Part shown: one piece after another, positions 13,301 through 25,570 of the stretch
Layout: every line of letters starts with the position of its first letter
Numbering within the stretch: the stretch's first letter is position 1
Assembly (NCBI RefSeq): GCF_006345805.1
Contig: NC_043000.1
Location: 141,484,001 to 141,548,000, forward strand
Direction of reading: 5' to 3'
Length of the DNA: 64,000 nt
Origin: Octopus sinensis
Lineage: Eukaryota
The notes under the pieces: model-generated
The model's database searches: none
What the model was told of the DNA's origin: nothing
What the model saw: only the letters and a program-made list of their open reading frames with translations
Program-made: the position numbers and the translations under genes

Positions 13301-14044
13301 TTGATTTGTATTTTACTCAGTTATCACCGAGGCATGACGAGCTTTGACGTTGATATTAGGGGACGGATCTGTCTGTTTAGGGTTAAATTTCTGAGACAAC
13401 GTCGCCACCGATTTCTCTGCATGTAAACATTGCTCGTAACGCAGCTTTTCAAAGCTAACAGATCTGTATTCGTCTATATTTTTTTGTTCATAGATTTATT
13501 TCCGTGCATAGGTTTTTGTGGTATTTGTAAGCTCATGAATTGTTCAGTCTGTCTGTGTTAGTTTGAAAAATAAGAAAATCGTTTTGTTTTTGTTTTTGCT
13601 TCGTTTGTAACACGTGTTTTCATATGTGTGTATGTCTGTTTTGTAAATTCCACGTAGTTGTGTAAACATTAGGATGTAAGTGTAATCCTATGGGTGTTAA
13701 AATGTATATATGGTTGTGTAGACATTCGAGCGTATGCGTAATTACTTACTGTTTTGTTCCATTCATACTTTATAATTTGTAAACTTTCTGGTGTTGATTT
13801 CGCGTGTGTATTCCGCACATTTTTCACTGACACATCGTGCACGAGAGAAACCGTGCTTTGTTAGGCAGCAACATTTCGATTTTGTGATTATTTTCGTTAA
13901 AAGACCGCTTCCTTCAAGTCTTCCACATGTTCCTTTGTCCTATTTCACCGATCTTATTATATTAGATTTGTTTTTGATTGTAGATCTCTGTGTAGCATAC
14001 CCATGTTGTTATTAAGCACGGAGATATTTTTATTATTATTATTA

Positions 14045-16011
14045 CTTTTTTTTTCTTCTTTCAAATTTTCTTCCATTTCTTGCCGAGTGTCTTCCCGACT
14101 CCTAGGGCAAAGAAACTCATAGTGTATATTGGTAGGCCATTAAACCAAACTCAGTAGTTCGTTCTTTTTTTTTTTTTTTTTTTTTTAAAGTTAAATTAAA
14201 ATACATGAGCAGCAACAGTTCTCACATCGACAATGCTCTTCTCAATACGTGTGATGTACCAGTTAAGACAATCTTTTGCACTTCTTGCAGGGATGGTAAG
14301 CCAGGGATCATTCTCATATAATTTTCGGTTCCCTTCTTGATCATTCCTAGTGCTCCTACGATCACTGGTATTGTAACCGCCTTGAGATGCCACATTTTCT
14401 CAATTTCAATGAGTAGGTCTTTATATTTTCTGAGCTTGTCAAACTCTTTCGCTGAGATATTATGATCACAGGGGATGCTCATGTCGATCAATAAGCAAAC
14501 TTTATTGTTTTGGTCTTTCACAAACAATATCTGGTTTATTGGCCTTGATGGTTCGGTCTGTATGTACTGGAAAGTCCCACAGAATGGTTACATTTTCTCC
14601 TTCAGTTACAGCCTCAGAGTGGTGATTATACCACTTGTCGGCAGTTTTGATATTGTAATGCCGACTTATTAGCCAGTGGAGATATTGGCCAACTCTGTCA
14701 TGTCTTAATTTATACTCCACTGGTACTAAGACTTTACATCCAGAGATTAGGTGGTCCACTGTTTCAATCATGTCGTTGCAGAATCGGCATTTTGGGTCTG
14801 CTCCATTTTTCATCACATTGGCCTGGTAGTTCCGGTTTGATAGGCTTTGGTCTTGAGCAGCCAGGATGAAACCTTCGCTCTCTGCTTTTAGCCCTGAGCT
14901 CCGCAGCCACTGATGGGTTTGCTTCTGGTCAACATCAGCTTGTTTGCTGCGGGTCACATATTTGCCGTGCAGAGGTTTCTCCTCCCACCTATCAGCCAAT
15001 TGCTCGTGCGCTTTTTTCATTGCCATCATTTTCACCTTCTTTGCAACAATAGTTGCCGTACTTCCCTCGGGTTGTTCAGTTTGGGTATCCTGCACGAGAT
15101 CAATAGCAAATCTTTTGCTTTCCTTGATGATAGAATGAAGCTTCTTTCGTCTCTCGTGATTTTCCACGAGCTTTAGCATCCAGTCATTCGATATTTCGAG
15201 ATATTGGCCAGTCCAATTGTGGTTGTTTTGTAAGCTAGTTCAAATTGGATCAGGCCTCGACCTCCTTGGGCTCTGGGAAGGTAAAGGCGATCTACGTCTG
15301 CCTTTGGGTGGTGCATCCTATTACAACTCAGCAGCTTGCGTATTTTTCTATCTATATTCTTTACTTCACTCATATTCCAGTTCAACACATTGTAGCTATA
15401 AGTAACACCTGGAACTGCTAGGGAATTTATAGCTAACACCTTGTTACGTGCATTTAGTTCAGATTTCAGGACTGCACGAACTCGCCTATAACATTCCTTC
15501 CTGATTTTCTCTTTCATGCTTGCATGCTGAATACCAGAGCCTTCATTTATCCCTAAATATTTGTATGTTTGTTCTTGCTCAAGCTCTCTTATGACTGTGT
15601 CAACATCTAACACGACTGAATTTGTGGTCTTCACTTTCTCTTTCTGGAAAGTGGCCTTGGCACACTTCTCAAGTCCAAACTCCATCCCGATGTCATCGCT
15701 GAATGATTTCACGGTGCGCAATAGGCCTTCAAGTTCATTATTGTCTTTACTATAAAGTTTTAAGTCATCCATATAAAATAGATGGCTTATTTTTTTATTG
15801 GCAATTTTATACCCATACCCTGTTCTGTTTAATTCACTTGTAAGGGGTATTAGGGCTATGCAGAATATTAAAGGTGAAAGTGAGTCACCTTGAAAAATTC
15901 CACAGTTGATGTTTATATTTTCTGAGGCAAGTACTCCATTAGAGTGGTATAATTGGAGATTCGTATTCCACAACGACATATTGTGCTTCAGGAAGTTTGA
16001 AATCGCAGGGG
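14045..16011 (-). mobile_element. R4/Dong-clade non-LTR retrotransposon, young 5'-truncated copy (copy 1)
   Basis: ORFs 15173-15979 (GIFQGDSLSP, YMDD), 14502-15179 (CRFC-H-C zinc knuckle, KPDIV) and 14222-14527 (RLE C-terminus KYKDL...GALG). (TTA)n on both sides; nearly identical to 17905-19866. Confidence 0.95.
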
Positions 16012-16054
<43 letters not shown>

Positions 16055-16077
16055 TATTATTATTATTATTATTATCA

Positions 16078-16139
<62 letters not shown>

Positions 16140-16155
16140 GTTGTTGTTGTTGTTA
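16012..16155. repeat. (ATT)n/(GTT)n microsatellite, Dong target array
   Basis: Trinucleotide run between retrotransposon copies. Similar runs at 17820-17904, 21990-22046, 28125-28340 and 31100-31178. Confidence 0.95.
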
Positions 16156-17236
16156 TTGTTGTTGTTTTCATATACACTCAACAGATTAGACTGTTGGAAA
16201 AGAAAAGAATCCTAAAATCAAGCTACAACAAGTAGCCTTAGATGCCAAGAGCCCATCTAAGTATCCTAGCTGTCCCTAATAACACTGTTTTCTCGAGCTG
16301 TACTAAACTGGGTTTTATGCCTATTCCATTTATCTATCTATTTAGATCTTTAAGGATAGTTCTCAAAACACCTATAACATCTTGGTTTATTTTTACCCGC
16401 ACTTCCCATAGTTTCTGGAATTTAATAGCCAGGTCCTGGTACTTTGATATTTTTTCTATACCTCTCGTATTAAGGCTTTCATTATTTGGGACTGTAAAGT
16501 CAATTATCTGGCACTTTCTATTCTCTTTATCTACCAAATCAGGCCTTCTAGCTTATGTCAGTCTGAATGTTAAAGTTCACAACATCTTGTATTTCTTAGG
16601 AACTAGTACTTTATTAGCTTCATGTTCATGCCATGTATCAGCATGTTCAAATCGTAGCTTTCTACATAGCGCCCACAGGATTGCTCTCCCTAGATTGTCA
16701 TGTCTTGTCTTGTATGCTTTTTGTGCTAGGATCTTACATTCACTTACTATATGAGCAACGCTTTCCTTTTTTGATTTTCGTAATCTACATTGAGAATCTA
16801 CTTGGTTTTTGCCTATTTTGGCTTTTATCCAACTAGTCCGTAATGCTTGATCTTGTGCAGCCACTAACAAACTTTCTGTCACCCTCATCAGCTTTCATTT
16901 TGCAAACATAACCATGTTTCACTACCACTATTTGTTGAAACTACCTTTGGGAATCTACCATGCGATACTTTCTCCTACCAGTCCAATAATTGTTATTCTT
17001 TTCTCTATTTTTTAACTTCGTTTGGATTTTTGCCTTCCTTATGTCTTGGTGTGACTCGAGTAGCTTTCTTCACTATTGCCTACATAGGAGTCTATATCTA
17101 ATCTAGCTAACTCCACGCAGTCTTCTACTGATATTAACCCTCTTCCTTCTTCCCTTCTAGTTCGGTATAATCTTGCTGCTCCTACTCTTGGGTGGAATCG
17201 TCCATTCATATTAAATTCCTTGATATCCGATAGCAT
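16150..17236 (-). mobile_element. older R4/Dong-clade family fragment (thumb, zinc knuckle, RLE, 3' UTR)
   Basis: HPRVGAARLYRTRREEGRGLISVEDC, TESLLVAAQDQALRT...CRL...HIVSEC, IIDFTVP...KISKYQDL, QLEKTVLLGTARILRWALGI; several stops and frameshifts. Confidence 0.9.
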
Positions 17237-17530
17237 ATCAACATAAACAATACAAGACCTTGCAGGTTGGGCCCAGTTGGAAATTTCATTAGGCCGAGTA
17301 GCCCATTTCGCTCATGAGGACCTTAAATAATGTTTGTTTAATGATCATGAACGAAGCGCCCATATTTCCAATCCTCAAAGAATTCTTCTCAGCTCATGGC
17401 TCTGATACTCACAAACGTGGTCAGAAACTAATATATCTACAGGCATTTAGGGAGATGCTCAACTGGTTAAGATCAAGCAATTGGCAAGTAAATCTGTCGT
17501 ATTGAGCAGAATATTTGCTGTAGCCCCCCT
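17234..17530 (-). mobile_element. fragment of a non-coding repeat overlapping the family at 22047-22228
   Basis: CATATCAACATAAACAATACAAGACCTTGCAGGTTGGGCCCAG aligns to CATATCAAGATAAACAGCACATGACCTTGCAGGTGGGGCTCAG (22186-22228). Confidence 0.6.
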
Positions 17531-17904
17531 ATTTACCAAGATGAAACAACGAAAGAAATGCATGTTCAAACTTCAGAGCAGTGAAGATCAGATGCCATGT
17601 AAGACAATGTCTGGTACTGCTGCATAACGTTTACACACATACTTAGTTTTGTTCTGTGCTGTCCATAAAGATTTTCTTAATGTAAACCTTGTGGTTAATA
17701 AAGAAATTCTTCTTCTTCTTCTTCTTTTCTTCCTTCTTCTTCTTCTTCTTCTTCTTCTTCTTCTTCTTCTTTCTTCTTCTTCTCTTCTTCTTCTTTCTTC
17801 TTCTTCTTCTCTTCTTCTTCTTATTATTATTATTATTATTATATTATTATTATTTATTATTATTATTATCATCATTATTATTATTATTATCATTATTATT
17901 ATTA

Positions 17905-20900
17905 CTTTTTTTTTTCTTCTTTCAAATTTGCTTCTATTTCTTGCCGAGTGTCTTCCCGACTCCTAGGGTAAAGAAACTCATAGCATACATTGGTAGGCCA
18001 TTAAACCAAACTCAGTAAGTCGTTCATTTTTTTTTTTTTTTTTAAAGTTAAATTAAAATACATGAGCAGCAACAGTTCTCACATCGACAATGCTCTTCTC
18101 AATACGTGTGATGTACCAGTTAAGACAATCTTTTGCACTTCTTGCAGGGATGGTAAGCCAGGGATCATTCTCATATAATTTTCGGTTCCCTTCTTGATCA
18201 TTCCTAGTGCTCCTACGATCACTGGTATTGTAACCGCCTTGAGATGCCACATTTTCTCAATTTCAATGAGTAGGTCTTTATATTTTCTGAGCTTGTCAAA
18301 CTCTTTCGCTGAGATATTATGATCACAGGGGATGCTCATGTCGATCAATAAGCAAACTTTATTGTTTTGGTCTTTCACAACAATATCTGGTTTATTGGCC
18401 TTGATGGTTCGGTCTGTATGTACTGGAAAGTCCCACAGAATGGTTACATTTTCTCCTTCAGTTACAGCCTCAGGGTGGTGATTATACCACTTGTCGGCAG
18501 TTTTGATATTGTAATGCCGACTTATTAGCCAGTGGAGATATTGGCCAACTCTGTCATGTCTTAATTTATACTCCACTGGTACTAAGACTTTACATCCAGA
18601 GATTAGGTGGTCCACTGTTTCAATCATGTCGTTGCAGAATCGGCATTTTGGGTCTGCTCCATTTTTCATCACATTGGCCTGGTAGTTCCGGGTTGATAGG
18701 CTTTGATCTTGAGCAGCCAGGATGAAACCTTCGCTCTCTGCTTTTAGCCCTGAGCTCCGTAGCCACTGATGGGTTTGCTTCTGGTCAACATCAGCTTGTT
18801 TGCTGCGGGTCACATATTTGCCGTGCAGAGGTTTCTCCTCCCACCTATCAGCCAATTGCTCGTGCGCTTTTTTCATTGCCATCATTTTCACCTTCTTTGC
18901 AACAATAGTTGGCATACTTCCCTCGGGTTGTTCAGTTTGGGTAACCTGCACGAGATCAATAGCAACTTTTTTGCTTTCCTTGATGATAGAATGAAGCTTC
19001 TTTCGTCTCTCGTGATTTTCCACGAGCTTTAGCATCCAGTCATTCGATATTTCGAGATATTTGGCCAGTCCAATTGTGGTTGTTTTGTAAGCTAGTTCAA
19101 ATTGGATCAGACCTCGACCTCCTTGGGCTCTGGGAAGGTAAAGGCGATCTACGTCTGCCTTTGGGTGGTGCATCCTATTACAACTCAGCAGCTTGCGTAT
19201 TTTCCTATCTATATTCTCTACTTCACTCATATTCCAGTTCAACACATTGTAGCTATAAGTAACAACTGGAACTGCTAAGGAATTTATAGCTAACACCTTG
19301 TTACGTGCATTTAGTTCAGATTTCAGGACTGCACGAACTCTCCTATAACATTCCTTCCTGATTTTCTCTTTCATGCTTGCATGCTGAATACCAGAGCCGT
19401 CATTTATCCCTAAATATTTGTATGTTTGTTCTTGCTCAAGCTCTCTTATGACTGTGTCAACATCTAACACGACTGAATTTGTGGTCTTCACTTTCCCTTT
19501 CTGGAAAGTGGCCTTGGCACACTTCTCAAGTCCAAACTCCATCCCGATGTCATCGCTGAATGATTTCACGGTGCGCAATAGGCCTTCAAGTTCATTATTG
19601 TCTTTACCATAAAGTTTTAAGTCATCCATATAAAATAGATGGCTTATTTTCTTTTTGGCAATTTATACCCATACCTTGTTCTGTTTAATTCACTTGTAAG
19701 GGGTATTAGGGCTATGCAGAATATTAAAGGTGAAAGTGAGTCACCTTGAAAAATTCCACAGTTGATGTTTATATTTTCTGAGGCAAGTACTCCATTAGAG
19801 TGGTATAATTGGAGATTCGTATTCCACAACGACATATTGTGCTTCAGGAAGTTTGAAATCACAGGGAAAATTTTGAAGATGTCCAGCGATCTCAAGATCC
19901 ATGGATGCGGTATACTGTCGAAGGCCTTTTTGTAGTCAATCCATGCGGTGCTGAGATTTCTGCGCTTGTTGTGACAGTTCTCAAGGATCATACGATTGAT
20001 TAGCAGTTGATCTTTGCATCCGTAAGAGCCTCGGCGGCACCCTTTTTGTTCAATGGGGAAAATATCGTTTTCTCCGCCAGGATAGATGTTAGGATTTTAT
20101 ACGTGGTGGATAGACAGGTAATAGGCCGATAGTTTTTTGGAAGGTTGGTTTCGTTATTCTTTGGGAGTAGGTAAATAATGCCACTTGCTAACCATTCAGG
20201 TGTTTTCTTTGGGTCTCTCATAATTCCATTAAGCAGCTGAACTAGCTTACCGTGTGCGCATGGGAGCGATGCGAGCCTATCTTTACCGGGAGATTTCCAA
20301 TTATGGGCCTTCGTGAGTGCCTTTCTTAGGTCTGCTATTGTGATGTCTTCCCATGCTTGTTGTTGTAAATTTTGGTAGGATCCTTCAGTTTGTATAATCC
20401 AGTCTGCATTTATGTTGTACGTCTTCTTGTCACTCCAAATCCTTTTCCAAAAGTTTTGAACTTCTTCCATGGGAGGGGGGTCTTTAACGGTTACTTTCTC
20501 CTTCCCTTTTCTCTGTAGAATTTTTTGGCATTGGATGTGAACAGCTTATTTTGCTTGTAAAACTTGTTTCTCTTCTCAAATCTTCGTATTCTTTGGGCTT
20601 TTGCTTGGACTTTTTGTTTCAGCGTTTCTTTTATTGATATCAGTTCTTCTCTTGGTGAGGATCCAAATTTTCTCTTCATCTTTCTTCCTGTTCTGGATCT
20701 TACATCATTTCCACATATTAGTTCATTTAATATTGATATTTCCCCTCTCATAAATTCAATCTCTTTTTCAATTTTACTTCTCCAGGTTTGATTTCTTCCC
20801 AGGTTTTGTTTTCTTTGTTTTTTCGGGGGCATACAGCTGGTTTCAATTGCCCTAGAGGAGCGTAAATAATTTCATTTAACTCAGTAAAATCAGGTTTCAA

Positions 20901-21831
20901 TTCTCTTGTTATTTCATTTGTTACATAGTTGCCAATTTGGATTTGTTTTTTATTTTGGTTTGTATTTGAGAGTTTATGAAGTGGTTCTCTATCATTCATA
21001 CTTGTATGTCTTACAACTTCAAGCGTATTCAGGATTTTCTGCCTCATTTCTGCTATAGACTCTCTGTGTTCTTCAGCAAATGCGAGATCTTCAGTTACTG
21101 TTGTTTTTTCGTTTTCCTGGCTATCTTTAACAGGTACAATAGAATTTCTTGTATCTTCAGGCCTTTGCGTACTTTGGTCAGATGGCAGTCTTTCAATTAA
21201 GTCTCGTGGCGGGCTATACTGTTCATCTGATTCTTCATTTCCTTTGTGTCTTATATTTATGTCATTTTCCGTTGCGTGCTTGATCGCGCTTATTTCACTG
21301 TCTGTGAGTCTGTTATTTCTAAGGATATCCCTCCTCACATTTGCTAATTTGTTCTCGTCCAAATAGGGCCTACTGTCTTGATTCCATGTTCTCCATATAC
21401 TGTAAGAGTTTGCGGTGTGTCTCTCTTGAGATGGCCTACCTAATGCATAGTAATAAGCGTATATTACTTCTTTATATTCTTCTCGGGTCCATTGTTCCGC
21501 TTACATTTTTCTTTCTGTGGTGGTTGTGGTGGTGAACTTGGAGGGCTCGAGTTGGGGGATTTCCGTTCAAGTGACCATCCACGTCTGTATTCGGAGAAGA
21601 GTTTGTGCCAGTTGATGACTTTTCGATCCCAGGCTGGCTCTTCCTGGGGGACGCGCTTCCAGATTAACCATAGGACAAGCGATTTGGTATACTGATTTAG
21701 TTTTCCTTTTAGTTTCCAAAAACATTTGGCTACGATAATGTTATCATTTTTTAGCTTTGATTGGCTCGTGGGGAGACGGCCATCATTGCCGTTACAATTA
21801 TAATCGTACCATTATAGCAGCCGTAGTCGGC
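17905..21831 (-). mobile_element. R4/Dong-clade non-LTR retrotransposon, near full length (3.9 kb, copy 2), ORF disrupted
   Basis: Collinear ORF pieces: N-terminal QWTREEYKEVIYAYYY, 20748-21362, 20491-20832, 20000-20470 (KSPGKD, NYRPITCLST), 19644-19991 (WIDYKKAFDS, GIFQGDSLSP) and 18079-19629 (MDD, thumb, CCHC, RLE). Both ends abut (TAA)n. Confidence 0.95.
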
Positions 21832-21990
21832 TTATTATTGTTATTATCATCACCATTACCATCACTATCATCATTATCACCACCATTACCATCATCATTA
21901 TCATCATCACCATCACCATCACCACCATCATCATCAATGATATTGTTTTATGTGTAGTCACAGCAGTATCTTATTATTGTTTTTTTTTTA

Positions 21991-22046
<56 letters not shown>

Positions 22047-22228
22047 GAGTGAGAGAGCAGTTCATGTCATCAAGGTGACACTGGGGTAAACTATACGAAG
22101 CCCAGCATACCCATCATGACTACCCGTCTGATAAGGGTACACCAGGCACATGCATCACAACCATATGTGCGCGACATGGTGATCCCATATCAAGATAAAC
22201 AGCACATGACCTTGCAGGTGGGGCTCAG
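22047..22228 (-). mobile_element. 5'-truncated non-coding element inserted in (TAA)n (Dong-type 3' UTR or Dong-mobilised non-autonomous element)
   Basis: 182-bp unique sequence flanked on both sides by (TTA)n; overlaps the 17234-17530 fragment. Confidence 0.55.
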
Positions 22229-22252
22229 ATTATTATTATTATTATTATTATT

Positions 22253-22505
22253 TTCCTCCTTTCTTCAAATTTTCTTCCGTTTCTCGCCAAGTGTTTTCTG
22301 TACACCTAAGGCAGAGATGCTCATTGTATGCATTCCCAGATTACACACGCAAATTCTCAGGTAAAATATGTATTTAAAAAAAAAAATGGATAAATTTATG
22401 AATGGATGTTGTTTTTACGGCGATAATGCTCTTCTCAGTACATGAGTCGTTCCAGTTAACACGATCTTTTGCACTTCCTGTAGGGATGGTAAGCCTGGTG
22501 TCATT
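22253..22505 (-). mobile_element. very short 5'-truncated R4/Dong copy, distinct subfamily
   Basis: Last codons TPGLPSLQEVQKIVLTGTTHVLRRALSP-stop, plus a 3' UTR whose terminal part (TTCTTCAAATTTTCTTCCGTTTCTCGCCAAGTG) resembles those of copies 1 and 2. Confidence 0.85.
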
Positions 22506-22509
22506 TTAA

Positions 22510-22547
<38 letters not shown>

Positions 22548-22578
22548 TGATGATAATAATAATAACAATAATAATTAT

Positions 22579-22650
22579 AGCACATACCCAAGGCACACAT
22601 AGCTGCGCTCGGTAGTGAAGTGAAAGCACGCTATAAAAATAAAACTACTG
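22579..22650 (+). mobile_element. tiny 3'-end fragment of a (TAA)n-associated element
   Basis: 72-bp unique sequence ending AAAATAAAACTACTG followed by (AAT)n and preceded by (AAT)n. Confidence 0.4.
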
Positions 22651-22662
22651 AATAATAATAAT

Positions 22663-22703
<41 letters not shown>

Positions 22704-22761
22704 TAACAATAATAATAATAATAATAAAATAATAATAATAATAATATAGTTTTCTTGAACT

Positions 22762-22878
22762 GATAGTTTTCTTGAACTGTGCATCTGGGATCAAACATAT
22801 TCTTCAGAACAAGGATTTACTAAGGCGTAATAATAATAATATAATAATAATAGAAGAAGAAGAAGAAGAGAAGAAAAC

Positions 22879-22959
<81 letters not shown>

Positions 22960-23024
22960 GCCTTAGTAAATCCTTGTTCTGAAGAATATCTTTGATCCCA
23001 GATGCACAGTTCAAGAAAACTATC
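22762..23024. repeat. inverted repeat, 66-bp arms around (AAT)n/(ATT)n
   Basis: 22762-22827 is the reverse complement of 22959-23024 with one mismatch; the ORF track gives nearly identical peptides MNCASGIK(H/D)ILQNKDLLRR on both strands. Confidence 0.95.
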
Positions 23025-24032
23025 TGCTGCGATACATCAAAGAAAGCAAGAAAGAAAGATGGAGGAAGGGTAGAGAGAAAGAAAATATAACGATTTCTAT
23101 GTGACGCTTATAACGCGGCAAGAATAAGAAAACATTACCATGACAAATAATTTAAATAACAATTCAGTACCTAGAAATAACATAATTCACTTCCGGAACA
23201 TCAAGTCATTGCAGAGACCATTCTTTTCAACGTTACTCAGCATATATTTTCCTAGAAGTTTGCTTGGAAGAAACGTAAACACATCATAGACCCCCGCAGG
23301 GGAAAATATTTATTTGTTCTGTAAATTCAGAATAGATAGATTTATAAGAGCTATTTTGCTCAAGTATAAAGTAGATAGTTGTTAGTACAGGAACTATACA
23401 AATAATATTTACCACGTAAACACAACATAGATAAAGTCAAAAATAGTCCTTCACATCGTTACATATTGATTTCTGGTGATTAGGTACAAAAGCAATGCTA
23501 GACCATTGAGTTTGTATTACAGGTTGTTCAATTTATGTCTTTTACCGAATGTATGTGGCAAACGGTGCAAGTAATTAACAGCAGAGATTTTATTTACTTT
23601 TAAGCATGGAAAATATCGATAAATGTAATCACAAAATTCAGCACGGATGATGGGACAAGGCCTGTAACCTTGTAGCAACCCATATTTGTACGTATGTTTC
23701 TCTGCGTTTGTATGCGTGTGTATGTGTGTATGTATATATATTGTATTTTTTTTATTGTATTTATATTAGTGTAACATTGTCCCTTTTTCTCGTCCTTGCT
23801 TCTGTATACATTCGCTGCTTTCTTCAAAGGAATCTAATGCTCTTAGCTTAGTTTTTCCTTGGGGCTGGCCAGATTGGAACAACCTCAAGAATAATCAGCC
23901 GAAATTGCGAGGATAATCGGGTGCTTGACTGAGGAAAGAAAACTTCGAATGACTCGTCCTTGTTTTCTTTGTGTCGTCTATCTGAATGTTTTGTTGTCCC
24001 TTTTTGTATAAATTATATCGACAAATACATAT

Positions 24033-24218
24033 TAGTGCTCCACAGTCTTTTTCATTTGCGGTACACTTATATTCTTTTCAAAATTCGGTGACACACCTGA
24101 GCTAAAAGTATATCTAAAAGTATAGGGGAACAAAATTATACTCAGTTTACTCTGCGGCACACGTAATATCATCTTGTGGCACACCAGTATGCCGCTGCAT
24201 ACCGGTTGTGGTGCACTG
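24033..24218. mobile_element. hAT (Charlie-like) MITE
   Basis: TIRs TAGTGCTCCACA / TGTGGTGCACTG; 8-bp TSD ATACATAT / ATATATAT. Confidence 0.6.
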
Positions 24219-24281
24219 ATATATATCATGTAATATCACACACACATATACACACACGCACAACATCCACACACGCACAGC

Positions 24282-24510
24282 TATTTCTTTACTGCCCACA
24301 AGGGGTTAAACACAGAAGGGACAAACAACGACAGACATAGGTATTAAGTTGATTACATCGACCCCAATGCGTAACCGGTACTTAATTTATCGACCCCGAA
24401 AGGATGAAAGGCAAAGTGGACCTCGGCGGAATTTGAACCCAGAACCTAACGGCAGACGAAATACGGCTACGCATTTCGCCCCGCGTGCTAACGGTTCTGC
24501 CAGGTCGCCG
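24282..24510 (-). mobile_element. family A SINE
   Basis: Minus strand GCGGCGACCTGGCAGAACCGTTAGCACG...GGGTTCAAATTCC, tail ending AAAGAAATA. Confidence 0.85.
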
Positions 24511-25321
24511 CACACGCGCACACATACACACACACTCACGCACAACACGCACACATACACACACGTACACAAGCGCACACATAAGCACGCGCACACACAG
24601 TTTTTGCGCGTATTATATTTTCGTAGAGTGTTTGTTCAGAAATAGTAAGACGGGGAGGAGTCAGAAACAAAATGGTGCGAGAGGATGTTGATGAAGGGAG
24701 ACAAGATGACAAAGAATACCAACATGACAACACCCTGGCCATACAACAAAATATCATTTGAAATGGACAGTGCACGTATCAGTTCAGATTTCCAATAAAG
24801 TAAAACGTAATTTTCAGTTTTCGACAGTTATGTGTATCTAATATTTTATACGTCTAAAATTAGATTTATTTTAGTCCATATCCAAATGTAATTAAGAAAA
24901 GAATTAAAGGAAAATAAAATCATATTATATGTGTCTAGGTTAAACAAGGCCTGTAACCTTGTAGCAACCCATATTTGTAAGTATGTTTCTCTGCGTTTGT
25001 ATGCGTGTGTATGTGTGTATTTATATATATATTGTATTTTTTTTATTGTATTTATATTTGTGTAACGTCCGCTTTTTCCGTCCTTGCTTTTGTATACATT
25101 CGCTGCTTTCTTCAAAGGAATCTAATGCTCTTAGCTTAGTTTTTCCTTGGGGCTGGCCAGATTGGAACAACCTCAAGAATAATCAGCCGAAATTGCGAGG
25201 ATAATCGGGTGCTTGACTGAGGAAAGAAAACTTCGAATGACTCGTCCTTGTTTTCTTTGTGTCGTCTATCTGAATGTTTTGTTGTCCCTTTTTGTATAAA
25301 TTTATATCGACAAATACATAT

Positions 25322-25507
25322 TAGTGCTCCACAGTCTTTTTCATTTGCGGTACACTTATATTCTTTTCAAAATTCGGTGACACACCTGAGCTAAAAGTAT
25401 ATCTAAAAGTATAGGGGAACAAAATTATACTCAGTTTACTCTGCGGCACACGTAATATCATCTTGTGGCACACCAGTATGCCGCTGCATACCGGTTGTGG
25501 TGCACTG
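25322..25507. mobile_element. hAT MITE (duplicated copy)
   Basis: Matches 24033-24218 within the second tandem unit. Confidence 0.6.
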
Positions 25508-25570
25508 ATATATATCATGTAATATCACACACACATATACACACACGCACAACATCCACACACGCACAGC

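Noticed and set aside
23925-23960. CTGAGGA-AAG-AAAA-CTT-CGAA in repeat A as a second hammerhead
   Set aside because: No stem I pairing, GAAT instead of GAAA and no usable stem III or cleavage triplet; too incomplete to call.
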